Made by a program: the position numbers and the translations under genes. DNA of 64,000 bases, from assembly GCA_963744995.1 (NCBI GenBank), contig CAVUWA010000001.1:225821-289820 (forward strand), written 5' to 3'. Below are positions 10,274-20,058 of the stretch, in pieces. Position 1 is the stretch's first letter. Every line of letters starts with the position of its first letter. The notes under the pieces are model-generated. The model did not search any database. It was given only the letters and a program-made list of their open reading frames with translations, and was not told where the DNA came from. The stretch comes from Candidatus Eiseniibacteriota bacterium (lineage in GTDB: Bacteria; Eisenbacteria; RBG-16-71-46).

Positions 10274-11263
10274 TCACTGCTGCTCCGCGGCGCGGCGGCT
10301 GCGCCGGAACAGGCGGGTGAAGTCGAGCTCGCGGTCGCCGAACAGACCCTGCGGGCGCGTGATCATGAGCACGATCAGCATGAGCGAGTAGATCACCATG
10401 CGGTAGTCCTTGACCGGCCGCAGCACCTCGGGCAGCAGGGTCAGCACGATCGCGGCGACCACCGCTCCGGTGATGCTGCCCATGCCGCCGAGCACGACCA
10501 TGACCACGACCTCGACGCTCTTGATGAACGTGAACGAGTTCGGATTGAGGTACGAGAGGTAGTGCGCGAACAGGCCGCCGGCGATGCCGGCGAAGAACGC
10601 GCCGATCACGAATGCCTTGACCTTGTAGGACGTGGTGTCCACGCCGAGCGCCTCGGCCGCGACCTCGTCGTCGCGGATCGCGAACAGGGCGCGGCCGTGC
10701 GTGCTGTGGGCGATGTGAATCGAGAGCATGATCACCGCCACGACGCCGACGCCCACCCAGAAGAAATTCACCCACTGCGGGATCCCGGGCAGCCCGCGCG
10801 AGGCGCCCACCGCGTCCACGTTGGTGATCACCACGCGGATGATCTCGCCGAAGCCGAGCGTTGCGATCGCCAGGTAGTCGCCGCGCAGGCGCAGCGTGGG
10901 AAGGCCGACCAGGTAGCCTGCAACGGCGGCGAGCAGGCCGCCCAGCAGCAGCGCCACCAGCAGCGCGCCTCCCTGGGCAATGACCGGCGGCGCGCCGGCG
11001 GCCACCGCCGCGGCGACCCACTTCTCCCCCACGTGCAGCGAGAACATCGCCGAACCGTAGGCGCCGAGCGCCATGAAACCGGCGTGTCCGATCGAGAACT
11101 GGCCCGTGAAGCCGTTGATCAGGTTGAGCGACACCGACAGCATGATGTTGACGCCGCACAGCACGATGATCTGGAACACGTACGGGTTCACGAGTCGCGG
11201 CATCACCGCCGAGAGCCCGGCGAGGATGCCCAGCACGGCCAGCGCCCAGATCAGCCGCTTCAT
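10274..11263 (-). CDS. livM: Branched-chain amino acid ABC transporter permease LivM
   Basis: GFTGQFSIGHAGF, LRLRGDYLAIATLGFGEI, VVLGGMGS. Confidence 0.95.
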   Translation of the reverse strand: MKRLIWALAVLGILAGLSAVMPRLVNPYVFQIIVLCGVNIMLSVSLNLINGFTGQFSIGHAGFMALGAYGSAMFSLHVGEKWVAAAVAAGAPPVIAQGGALLVALLLGGLLAAVAGYLVGLPTLRLRGDYLAIATLGFGEIIRVVITNVDAVGASRGLPGIPQWVNFFWVGVGVVAVIMLSIHIAHSTHGRALFAIRDDEVAAEALGVDTTSYKVKAFVIGAFFAGIAGGLFAHYLSYLNPNSFTFIKSVEVVVMVVLGGMGSITGAVVAAIVLTLLPEVLRPVKDYRMVIYSLMLIVLMITRPQGLFGDRELDFTRLFRRSRRAAEQQ

Positions 11264-12162
11264 ACCTTCTCCGCCGTGCGCTCGCCCATGATTCCGGACG
11301 GCCGCACCAGCAGGATGATGATCAGGAGCACGAATGCGATCGCGTCACGGTAGGTGGGGGAGATGTAGGCGGTTACCATGACCTCGGCGATGCCCATGAT
11401 CAGCCCGCCGATCACCGCACCCGGGATGTTGCCGATGCCGCCGAGCACCGCCGCCACGAACGCCTTGAGGCCGGGCAGCAGGCCCATGATCGGGTCGATC
11501 TTCGGGTTCTGCAGGGCGACCAGCACGCCCGCCGCGGCGGCGAGCGTCGAGCCGATCATGAACGTGAACGTGATGATCCGGTCCACCGAGATGCCCATCA
11601 GCGCCGCGGCGGTGTGGCTGTGCGACACCGCCTGCATCGCCTTGCCCGTCCTGGTGCGCTGCACGATGAAGCGCAGCGCGAACATCAGCACCAGCGACAC
11701 CACGATGATGATCACCTGCTGATTGGAGATCGTAACGCCGCCGCCGAGCGCGATGTTCTTCGACACGACGATCTGCGGGAAGAACTTGGGGTCGGGGCCG
11801 AACACGAGGATGCCGCCGTTCTCGAGCAGCAGCGAGACGCCGATCGCGGTGATCAGCGCCGCGAGCCGCGGCTGCCGGCGCAGCGGCTTGTAGGCGAGCC
11901 GCTCGATCACCATGCCGATGATGCCGCACGCCGCCATCGACACCAGCAGCACCACCACCGCCTTGCCGGGGTTGGGATCGGAACCCGCGTGCATCGCCCG
12001 GGCCACGTAGTAGCCGAAGAACGCGCCCAGCATGTACACGTCGCCGTGGGCGAAGTTGATCAGCCGGAGGATCCCGTACACCATCGTGTAGCCCAGCGCG
12101 ATCAGGGCGTACACGCTCCCCCAGGTCACTCCGTTGACGAGCTGCTGCAGGAACTCCGACAC
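11260..12162 (-). CDS. livH: Branched-chain amino acid ABC transporter permease LivH
   Basis: YALIALGYTMVYGILRLINFAHG, KAFVAAVLGGIG. Confidence 0.95.
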   Translation of the reverse strand: MSEFLQQLVNGVTWGSVYALIALGYTMVYGILRLINFAHGDVYMLGAFFGYYVARAMHAGSDPNPGKAVVVLLVSMAACGIIGMVIERLAYKPLRRQPRLAALITAIGVSLLLENGGILVFGPDPKFFPQIVVSKNIALGGGVTISNQQVIIIVVSLVLMFALRFIVQRTRTGKAMQAVSHSHTAAALMGISVDRIITFTFMIGSTLAAAAGVLVALQNPKIDPIMGLLPGLKAFVAAVLGGIGNIPGAVIGGLIMGIAEVMVTAYISPTYRDAIAFVLLIIILLVRPSGIMGERTAEKV

Positions 12163-12174
12163 GCGGCGGGCCGG

Positions 12175-13386
12175 CTACGGGTTGATCGTCGTGTCGTACT
12201 GCTTCTTGCCGTCCCTGATCGCGATCACGACGGCCGGCTTGGACGCGTTGCGGTTCTCGTCGAGCGTGATGGTGCCGGTGACGCCGGGATAGTCCCTGGT
12301 CGCGGCGATCCGGTCGCGCAGATTCTTCTCGGCCTCCTTGCGCGCGGCGGTGCCGGCTTTCGCCGACGACAGGCCGGCGAACACGTTCGGCTGCTCCTTC
12401 GCCATGGCTTCGAGATGCGTGAACAGCACGCGCGCCGCGTCATAGGCGAGCCCGCCGATCGCGTCCGGGTCCGAGCCGAAGCGCGTCCGGTACTTCTCGA
12501 GGAACTTCTGCAGTGACGGATCCGGATTGTCGACCGCGAAGTGATTCGAATAGTAGGAGCCGTTGAGCGCATCGCCGCCGATCTGCAGAAGCTGCTCGCT
12601 CTCCCAGCCGTCGGTGCCGAGCAGCGGGCCCTTGTAGCCCAGTTCCCGCGCCTGGCGCGCGATCAGGCCGACTTCGGTGTAGTAGCCGGGGATGAAAATC
12701 GCCTGCGGGTTCTTGCCCTTGAGCGTCGTGAGCTGGGCGCGGAAGTCCTGGTCGCCGGCGCTGTAGGCCTGCTCGGTGACGATCGTGCCGCCGAGTTCCG
12801 TGAACGCCTTCGAAAAGAACTCGGAGAGACCCACGCTGTAATCGTTGCGCACGTCCTTGAGGATCGCGACGCGCTTGAGACCCAGGTTCTGGTAGGCGAA
12901 CTTCGCCATCACCGTGCCCTGGAACGGGTCGATGAAGCACATGCGGAAGATGTAGTCGCCGACCTCGGTGACCCTGGGATTCGTCGAGGAGGGCGTGATC
13001 ATCGGGATGCCCGCGTCCTGCGCGATCGGCGCGGCGGCGAGGCTGCGCGAGCTGGCGACCTCGCCGAGCAGGGCGATGACGCGGTCCTGATTGATGAGCT
13101 TCTGCACGACCGTCGCCGCCTCCTCGGGGCGCCCCTGGTCGTCTTCGACCACCACCCGCACCTTGAGCCCGCCGATCTCGCCGTTCTGGTCGGCGGTGAG
13201 GTCCGCCAGGGCGAGGTCGACGCCGTTCTTGGTGGACTGGCCGAACGTGGCCTCGTTGCCGGTCAGCGAACCGTACTCTCCGATCACGAGCTCGTTGGTG
13301 CCGGAGCCGCCGCCACAGCCGAAGGCGAGCAGGGCGGCAAGGCCGCACGAGACGAAGGCGAAGCGCATCCGAAGGCGCGGGGTCAT
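12175..13386 (-). CDS. livK: Branched-chain amino acid ABC transporter substrate-binding lipoprotein LivK/LivJ
   Basis: LAFGC lipoprotein-like signal, GEVASS, PSSTN, FRMCFIDPFQG, DFRAQLT; start MTPRLR follows a GGAG RBS. Confidence 0.92.
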   Translation of the reverse strand: MTPRLRMRFAFVSCGLAALLAFGCGGGSGTNELVIGEYGSLTGNEATFGQSTKNGVDLALADLTADQNGEIGGLKVRVVVEDDQGRPEEAATVVQKLINQDRVIALLGEVASSRSLAAAPIAQDAGIPMITPSSTNPRVTEVGDYIFRMCFIDPFQGTVMAKFAYQNLGLKRVAILKDVRNDYSVGLSEFFSKAFTELGGTIVTEQAYSAGDQDFRAQLTTLKGKNPQAIFIPGYYTEVGLIARQARELGYKGPLLGTDGWESEQLLQIGGDALNGSYYSNHFAVDNPDPSLQKFLEKYRTRFGSDPDAIGGLAYDAARVLFTHLEAMAKEQPNVFAGLSSAKAGTAARKEAEKNLRDRIAATRDYPGVTGTITLDENRNASKPAVVIAIRDGKKQYDTTINP

Positions 13387-13457
13387 ATGGGCTCCTGCGT
13401 TGGCGGGATTCTGGAAACGGCCGGGGCGAAGGACGGCGCGGCCGCAAAGGCACCCGA

Positions 13458-13494
13458 CGGGCGTGCTGCCAAGCCTGTACAGGTAGCACGCCCG
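13458..13494. repeat. Inverted repeat between divergent livK and amidase genes
   Basis: CGGGCGTGCTGCC ... GGTAGCACGCCCG arms, overlapping an internal palindrome CCTGTACAGG (13474-13483). Confidence 0.6.
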
Positions 13495-13571
13495 GGCGCG
13501 GCGGATCAAGCCAAATCGTTCTCATGCCTCATGTTGCCGGGCCGGAACCCCGGTGCTAAATTGCGCGTGTC

Positions 13572-16100
13572 ATGGCCATTGCCGAGCGCGCAAGGATGCC
13601 GAGCGGCTGCGCCGCGCGCCGGGTCCCACCGCGCCCGGCCCGGCCGGAGCGTGCTCGCGCCGGCCCGTTGAACCGGCGCCGGGGCCGCCACGGCAGCGCC
13701 CCCGGTGCAACGTCTTCCATGCGCGCTGCCGTTTCGGCCCCGTGCGGCGCCCGCGCCGCGGCCCCCGCGCGGCCCGGCGGCCGGCGCCGGGGCCTGTCCG
13801 GTCTGCTCGCACTGGCCGTGCTCGTCCCGGGCTGCGCCGCACACCGGCCCGCGCGCGAAGCGCCGGCGCCGCGGCCGCTGCCCGGCTACGAGCAACGGGT
13901 GGACGCGTTCTCCGCCGTCGACACCACTCGGCTGCACGGCCGCCGCATCGCCATCGACCCCGGCCACGGCGGGCGCTTCCGCGGCTCGATCGGCGTGAAC
14001 GGCCTCAGCGAGGCCGACGTGAACCTCGGCGTCGCGCTCTACCTGCGCGGCCTGCTGGAGGCACGCGGTGCGACCGTGATGATGACGCGCACCGACGACA
14101 GCGATTTCCTCACCCCCGCCGACAGCTCGCTCAAGGCCGACCTCGCCGAGCGCACGCGGCGCGTGAATGCGTTCGCGCCCGACCTGTTCATTTCGATCCA
14201 CCACAATGCGGACGCCGGCGGCGCGCACGACGTGAACGGCACGCAGACCTACTACAAGCTCGGCGACGAGGGCCCGTCGCTCGACGCCGCGGAGAGCGTG
14301 CACCGCTTCCTCGTGCGCAATCTCGGCATCCGCTCGCACCAGATCCTGCCGGGCAACTACTACGTGCTCAGGAGCACGAACGCGCCCGCACTGCTCACCG
14401 AGTCCTCGTACCTCACGAATCCGGACGTCGAGGCGAAGCTGGCGCTCGCCTCCAAGCAGCGGCTCGAAGCCGAGGCGATCTACCTCGGCATCGCGCACTT
14501 CTTCGCGCGCGGCGCGCCGGTGATCGAGTCGTTCGCAGCGGTGACGGCGCCGGGCGCCGCGCCCGACACCGCCTTCGCCGACGTGCGGGCGCCGACGTTC
14601 GAGGCGCGCGTGCGCGGCGCGTTCGACGAGGCGCGGCTCGAGGTGGACGATGCGCCGGTGCCGCTGGTCCGCGCGGGCGCGCGTCTCACCGCCCGGCCCC
14701 GAGGCGTGCTCGGCAACGGCGTGCACGAGGCCGTACTGCGCGTGCGCCGCGCGGGCGACGGGGCGGCACGTCCGGCGCGGCTCGCGTTCACCATCGCGCG
14801 ACCGCTCGACCACGTGACCGCCGAGGCGTGGCCGCGCTCCGTGCCGGCGAGCGGCGTGGTCGGCGTGCGGCTTGCGCTGCACGATCGCTTCGGCGCAGTC
14901 GTTCCCGATTCGACCGTGATGCGGATCTCCAGGGGCGATGGGCGGCACGACACGACGGCCGTGTTCGCCGACGGGGTCGCATGGCTCTATCCGCGCGGGC
15001 TCCGGCCGGGACGTGTCGTTCTCGAGCTCCATCCTGCCGACGGCACGGCCGGGGCGTGGTCGACCGCGACGACGATCGAAGCCGCCCCCGCGCGGGACAC
15101 GGTGTGGGCCGGCTTCCTCCGCGTCCGGCGCCCCGACGGCACGGCGCCGCTCACGGGCGCGCCGGGCACCCGCGAGCCGGAGCGGCGCGTTCCGTGGCTC
15201 GATCGCGACGGCTTCGCCGTGCTCGAACGCGATGCATCGGGTGGGCCGGTCGTGCCGCGCCTCGCCGGCTATCGCCGGCTCGCCGGCGACGATGGCGCGC
15301 TTGCGCCGGCGTTCGTCGCAATCGCCGGCGGCGCGCTCCATGGCCACCGCATCGTGCTCGATCCCGACGGCGGCGGCGGCGATCCGGCCGGCGTGGGCCC
15401 GAGCGGCACGCGCGCCGCACACGTCAACCTGCGGATCGCACGAATCCTCAGAGGCTACCTCGAGGCCGCCGGCGCGAACGTGAAACTCACGCGTGACGGC
15501 GACTTCGCGCTCTCGGACGTCGAGCGCGTGCAGATCAGCGAGGCGTTCCACGCCGAGCGCTACCTGCGCATCGGCCACCGCGCCGAGCCGCCGCGCCTCG
15601 GCTACTTCTATTCGAGCGCGGCGGGACGCGCGTGGGCCGGGCATACCGCGGCGTGGCTCGAACGCCTGGGGTTCGGCCTGCCGCCGGCGGGCGACGACGC
15701 CCAGTACCCGCTGCAGCAGACTTCGTGCCCGGCACTCTACGTGTCGGCGGCGCGGATCGACCGCGCGCCGAACGAGGACGCGCTGTTCGCGCCCGGCGCG
15801 CTGCGCAGCGAGGCGTACGCGCTCTACCTGGCGTTCGTGTCCGAGTGGTCCCAGGATTCGGCATTCCGGGTGGACTCGCTGTTCGTGCGCGATTCCACCG
15901 GCGATCCGGTCGCAGGCGCCGCCGTAACTCTCGGCGACGCGCTGATGTTCGAGACCGATGCGGCGGGCCGCATCCGGTTCGCCCGCACCGAGCCGGGCCC
16001 CGTGGATGCCGTCGTCGTCGATTCCCGGCTCCACGCGGAGGCGACCCTGCTAGACTCGACGTCGGGCGCGATCCTGACCGGGCCGCGCGGCCGCCGGTAG
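13572..16100 (+). CDS. N-acetylmuramoyl-L-alanine amidase (Amidase_3) with a second degenerate amidase domain; probable lipoprotein; start uncertain
   Basis: Domain 1: IAIDPGHGG, SEADVNL, FISIHHN, LLTESSY. LVPGC lipobox-like segment. Domain 2: IVLDPDGG...VNLRIA...VKLTR...ERVQIS. Confidence 0.85.
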   Translation: MAIAERARMPSGCAARRVPPRPARPERARAGPLNRRRGRHGSAPGATSSMRAAVSAPCGARAAAPARPGGRRRGLSGLLALAVLVPGCAAHRPAREAPAPRPLPGYEQRVDAFSAVDTTRLHGRRIAIDPGHGGRFRGSIGVNGLSEADVNLGVALYLRGLLEARGATVMMTRTDDSDFLTPADSSLKADLAERTRRVNAFAPDLFISIHHNADAGGAHDVNGTQTYYKLGDEGPSLDAAESVHRFLVRNLGIRSHQILPGNYYVLRSTNAPALLTESSYLTNPDVEAKLALASKQRLEAEAIYLGIAHFFARGAPVIESFAAVTAPGAAPDTAFADVRAPTFEARVRGAFDEARLEVDDAPVPLVRAGARLTARPRGVLGNGVHEAVLRVRRAGDGAARPARLAFTIARPLDHVTAEAWPRSVPASGVVGVRLALHDRFGAVVPDSTVMRISRGDGRHDTTAVFADGVAWLYPRGLRPGRVVLELHPADGTAGAWSTATTIEAAPARDTVWAGFLRVRRPDGTAPLTGAPGTREPERRVPWLDRDGFAVLERDASGGPVVPRLAGYRRLAGDDGALAPAFVAIAGGALHGHRIVLDPDGGGGDPAGVGPSGTRAAHVNLRIARILRGYLEAAGANVKLTRDGDFALSDVERVQISEAFHAERYLRIGHRAEPPRLGYFYSSAAGRAWAGHTAAWLERLGFGLPPAGDDAQYPLQQTSCPALYVSAARIDRAPNEDALFAPGALRSEAYALYLAFVSEWSQDSAFRVDSLFVRDSTGDPVAGAAVTLGDALMFETDAAGRIRFARTEPGPVDAVVVDSRLHAEATLLDSTSGAILTGPRGRR

Positions 16101-16141
16101 CCCTTCCCCCCCCGGCCGCGCCACTCGCCCCGGGAACGCAC

Positions 16142-16837
16142 ATGAATCCTGGCATCGCCCGATACCACGCCGAATGGGCCCGCTTCTGGCGGCGGCTGTC
16201 GCTGCTGGCCGTCCTCGCCAGCGTCGTGTTCGCGCTGCCGTTCCTGTGGCTGCTGCGCTCGCCGTCCGCGCGGCGCGCGCTCGACGATCCGAAGCGTTTC
16301 GGCTTCCTCGGCGACGAGCAGTACGTGCGGCGCATCCAGCTCACCACCCTCGGCGCACCGCGCGGCCAGCGCACCGAGTCGCGGATGATCTCGCCGAAGG
16401 TCGTCCCGGCCGGGAAACGCGGCGGCGGAAAGCCGGCCCAGGTGTCGGATCAGGGGCTCACCCCGGCGCGGCGCACCGAGCGGTTCCGGCCCCCGGGGCG
16501 TGGCGACTCGGAAGAGGACATCCTCGCCCGCGCCATCCTGCGTGCCGGCGACACGCCGCTCTTCCAGTCGCGCGAGCTGGTGATCGCGGAGCTGGTCGAG
16601 CCGGTGTACCCGGCGATCGCCCGTGAACGGGGCATCGAGGGCAAGGTCGCGGTGCTCGCGCTCGTGGACACCACCGGGATGGTGCGACAGGCGGAGATCG
16701 TCGGCTCGGCGGAGCGGATGCTCGATCGGGCGGCCGTGAACGCCGTGATGCAGTGCCGCTTCGAGCCCTATCGCGTGAACGGCCGCGCCCGCGAGGTGTA
16801 CGCGATGTTCCGCTTCGCGTTCCGGCTCGTGAACTAG
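16142..16837 (+). CDS. TonB family protein (energy transducer)
   Basis: N-terminal TM; C-terminal PVYPAIARERGIEGKVAVLALVDTTG...LDRAAVNAVMQCRFEP TonB_C motif. Confidence 0.88.
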   Translation: MNPGIARYHAEWARFWRRLSLLAVLASVVFALPFLWLLRSPSARRALDDPKRFGFLGDEQYVRRIQLTTLGAPRGQRTESRMISPKVVPAGKRGGGKPAQVSDQGLTPARRTERFRPPGRGDSEEDILARAILRAGDTPLFQSRELVIAELVEPVYPAIARERGIEGKVAVLALVDTTGMVRQAEIVGSAERMLDRAAVNAVMQCRFEPYRVNGRAREVYAMFRFAFRLVN

Positions 16838-16844
16838 GCGGACG

Positions 16845-18281
16845 CTATCGCCCAGGGAGCGGTCGGGGCTCGCCGCGCTCGATCTCGTAGACCGGCAGCG
16901 TCGCCCCCTCGGCGCTCCAGTCGAGGAATCCGCGCTCGACCAGGTAGGGATCGCCGCGCACCCAGGTCGTGAGCGACGCGGTCATCTCCTCCGGGCAGAG
17001 GGCGCGGCTCTGGACCGCCGCGGCGACCAGCCAGGCGGCCAGGAATCCGCGCACGTGGAGCGAGGTGACCTCGTCCACGCCCTCGGCGTGCAGCAGGCTG
17101 TCGAGCGGCGCCCGCAGCCCCGGCTGAACCGACCAGTCGTCGGCCACGTAGCGCGCCTTCTCGAGCAGCCCGAGCGTCGTACGGTGCTGGTTCGCGGGCG
17201 AGAGCGCCTCGCCGCCGCAGATCCGGAGATCCAGGCGCTGGCGCTGGATCTCGCGCAGCAGCGCCGCACCCTCTTCCGGATTGCCGTCCCAGAACAGCAG
17301 CCCCACGTTCTCGATGCCCAGCCGCTTGACCGCGGCGCGGAAGTCGCGCGTGCCGGGCGCGTAGGCGTCGCTCCAGACGACCGAGTCGCCGCCGGCCTCG
17401 AGCGTGTGCTCGAAGCCGCGGTGGAAAGGCCGCGACTCGTCGTCGCTGGAGAGCAGCACGGCCACGCGCTTCGTGTCGTCGCCGAGTACGGCGCGGGCGA
17501 GCGTCACGCCGCGCTCCCAGCCGGAGGGGCCGACCTGGAAGACCGTGTCCCCCGCGCGCCCCACCTCCTCGTCGGTCGCGGTGGGCGACACCAGTGGCAG
17601 GCGCATCACGCGGGCGCCGGCCGCCAGCGCGAGCGTCGGCACGCTGAGCAGCTCGCCGATCGCGACGCCCGACTCCAGCGACGCGGAATCGAGCACCGCC
17701 GCGGTGCGCGCGGGATCATCGTGGCCGCTGTTCCAGAAACGCGCGCGAATCGGGACCGGACCGTGCGCGTTCGCGTAGGCGATCCCGGCCTCGATGCCGG
17801 CCTTGAGCTCCTCGGCGTAGGCCGCGTACGGGCCGTCGGCGGGCAGCAGTACCGCGACGTTGAACAGCGAGGCACGCGCGCGCCGCAGCAACGGGCCCGG
17901 GTCCGTGCCGACCTCGCCGAGCATCTTTTTCGCGCGGCGCGGTTCGGCGAGCGCGAGGCGCATGCGCAGCCGGCGCCTGAGGTCGGCGCGCCGGCCGGGC
18001 ACGCGGCCCAGGGCCGCCTCGATCAGCCGGCCCTCGTTGTCGCCGAGCGTGGCGGGACCGCGGCGCAGCACGTACATGAGCTCGGACAGGCTCGCGCCGC
18101 GGATCCACCGCTTGAGATCGTTCGAAGCACGCCCCTGCGTGGCGAGGTAGTCCGCGTCGAGCAGCGAGAGCTTCTCGGCGCCGCGCAGCGGCGCGGCGGG
18201 GATCAGCAGCGCAGCGAGCAGGACCAGCAGAGCGCCGTGCACGGCGCGGCGTCCGATCCGGCGGCGGTCGGGGGCCGTCAT
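16845..18281 (-). CDS. Periplasmic binding-protein-fold protein (LpoA/LppC-like or Peripla_BP_6)
   Basis: Signal peptide, helical N-region, then VAVLLPADGPYA...IGELLS...PLVSPTAT...DFRAAVKRL type I PBP fold. Confidence 0.6.
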   Translation of the reverse strand: MTAPDRRRIGRRAVHGALLVLLAALLIPAAPLRGAEKLSLLDADYLATQGRASNDLKRWIRGASLSELMYVLRRGPATLGDNEGRLIEAALGRVPGRRADLRRRLRMRLALAEPRRAKKMLGEVGTDPGPLLRRARASLFNVAVLLPADGPYAAYAEELKAGIEAGIAYANAHGPVPIRARFWNSGHDDPARTAAVLDSASLESGVAIGELLSVPTLALAAGARVMRLPLVSPTATDEEVGRAGDTVFQVGPSGWERGVTLARAVLGDDTKRVAVLLSSDDESRPFHRGFEHTLEAGGDSVVWSDAYAPGTRDFRAAVKRLGIENVGLLFWDGNPEEGAALLREIQRQRLDLRICGGEALSPANQHRTTLGLLEKARYVADDWSVQPGLRAPLDSLLHAEGVDEVTSLHVRGFLAAWLVAAAVQSRALCPEEMTASLTTWVRGDPYLVERGFLDWSAEGATLPVYEIERGEPRPLPGR

Positions 18282-18802
18282 CAGAACTGGAATTTCCCGA
18301 AATCTTCCGGGTTGAGCTTCTCGAGGAAGCGCCGGAGCTGCTCCGCCTTTTCCTCTTCGCTCAACGCCTTCTTCGGCTCTTCTTCGCTGTCCGCTTCCTC
18401 TTCGTCCTCGCGCGGCGGCGTCTGCAGCAGCTTGTCGTTCACGTAGATCGGGGCCTTGGCGCGCAGCGCCACGGCCACCGAGTCCGACGGTCGCGCGTCG
18501 ATCGCCAGCACGTCGGCATCGCGCTCGATGAACACGCTCGCATAGAACGTGTTCTCCTTGAGATCGGTGATCACCACGCGTGCGACCTTCGCCTTGAGCC
18601 CTTCGACCACCATCTGCAGCAGATCGTGGGTCAGCGGCCGCGGGAACGGCTCTTCCGACAGGATCCGGCGGATCGCCTGCGCTTCGCCGGGGCCGATCCA
18701 GATCGGCAGGATGCGCTCACCGTCGAGCTCGCGCAGCACCACGATGTTCTGCTGGTTCTTGTGCTCGAGAATGAGTCCATGCACCCGGACTTCGACGTTC
18801 AC
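18281..18802 (-). CDS. Bifunctional nuclease family protein (DUF151/BFN)
   Basis: LPIWIGPGEAQAI, PRPLTHDL, IDARPSDSVAVALR. Confidence 0.92.
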   Translation of the reverse strand: MNVEVRVHGLILEHKNQQNIVVLRELDGERILPIWIGPGEAQAIRRILSEEPFPRPLTHDLLQMVVEGLKAKVARVVITDLKENTFYASVFIERDADVLAIDARPSDSVAVALRAKAPIYVNDKLLQTPPREDEEEADSEEEPKKALSEEEKAEQLRRFLEKLNPEDFGKFQF

Positions 18803-20058
18803 GGCGACTTCGCCTCCTTGGTGGCGGCCGTCTTCGTGGAATCGCCGCCCGCGTCGACGAACGGCGGCGCCTCGTCGGACTTCATGTGGTCGAGCATCCA
18901 GCGCGCCGACTCCACCAGCTCCGATTTCGGATACTTCTGGAGCAGCTCGCGGAACACCTTCCCGGCCTCATCGTACTGCTTGAGCTCCTCCGAATTGATG
19001 AAGCCGACCATGAACAGCGCCTGCGGGCTCACGTCGGCGTCGGGATAGTCCTCCACGACGCGGCGGTAGGCGGCGATGCGCTGATCGGCGGGGCCGATCT
19101 TCTGCGCGTCCTCGAACATTTCGCGCGGCGACTTCTTCATGCTGACGTAGCGGCGGATCGCCGCGCTGTCCTCGCGGACGTCGAGCGACTTGCGCGCCCG
19201 TTGCAGCAGTTCCTGGTAGTAGGCCTTCTGCGCCTCGCTGCCGAGCTGGCGTTCGATGAGATTCTTCATCTGGTCGTAGGAGCGCACCCCGGCAGGCGTC
19301 GTTGCGTTCACCTTGAACACGTGCCAGCCGCGATCCGTCTGCAGCGGTCCGCCGATCTTGCCTTCGCCGAGCGCGTACGCCGATTCGGCCAGCGCCGGCT
19401 GCCGCCCGATCGAGGCGAAGTTGCCCTCGAGCGTCACGGTGCCGAGCGCGCCGCCGGTGCTCTTCGTGAGCGAATCGGTGGTCCACTTCTCGACCAGTTT
19501 CGACCAGTCTTCGCCCTTGTCGGCGAGTGCCTTCACGCGCTGCGCCGTCTTCCGGTCCGGCAGCAGGATGTGCTGGATCGTGACGTTGGCCGGCGTCTTG
19601 TAGTCGTCGACGTGCGCGTCGTAGTAGGCGCGGGCCGCCGAGTCCGGAACGGGAGGCGCTTTCGCGATCTCTTCGTTCAGGTAGGTCCGCACCAGCAGGT
19701 CACGCCGCTGGCGGTCGAGCTGATCCTTGACCTCGGGCCGCTGGTCGACCTTCGCATTCTCGGCCGACTTGAGCCAGATGCGTTCCTCGATCAGACGGTC
19801 GATGAGCTGCTGGCGGCCCTGCGGCGTCTGGTAGCTGGAGCGGAACTGCTCGGGGATTTCCTCGAGCCGCGCCTCGACCATCGCGCGCGTGAGCGCCTGG
19901 CCGTCGACGACCGCGATCACCGCCGTGGTGTCGCCCGCGGGCCGCACCGGCTTCGCGTGCTTCTTCCCGCGCGGCGCCGCGTCGGCGCCTGCAGCGAGGA
20001 GACCCGCGAGCCCCAGGAGCAGGATCAGGAATGCGACGCTCCTGCCCCCGTGCGTCAT
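18799..20058 (-). CDS. PpiC/parvulin-type peptidyl-prolyl isomerase with C-terminal TPR domain
   Basis: Signal peptide, SurA-like N-region, QHILL...GGALG...GPLQTDRGWHVFKV, C-terminal YRRVVEDYPD...FRELLQKYPKS TPR. Confidence 0.85.
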   Translation of the reverse strand: MTHGGRSVAFLILLLGLAGLLAAGADAAPRGKKHAKPVRPAGDTTAVIAVVDGQALTRAMVEARLEEIPEQFRSSYQTPQGRQQLIDRLIEERIWLKSAENAKVDQRPEVKDQLDRQRRDLLVRTYLNEEIAKAPPVPDSAARAYYDAHVDDYKTPANVTIQHILLPDRKTAQRVKALADKGEDWSKLVEKWTTDSLTKSTGGALGTVTLEGNFASIGRQPALAESAYALGEGKIGGPLQTDRGWHVFKVNATTPAGVRSYDQMKNLIERQLGSEAQKAYYQELLQRARKSLDVREDSAAIRRYVSMKKSPREMFEDAQKIGPADQRIAAYRRVVEDYPDADVSPQALFMVGFINSEELKQYDEAGKVFRELLQKYPKSELVESARWMLDHMKSDEAPPFVDAGGDSTKTAATKEAKSP

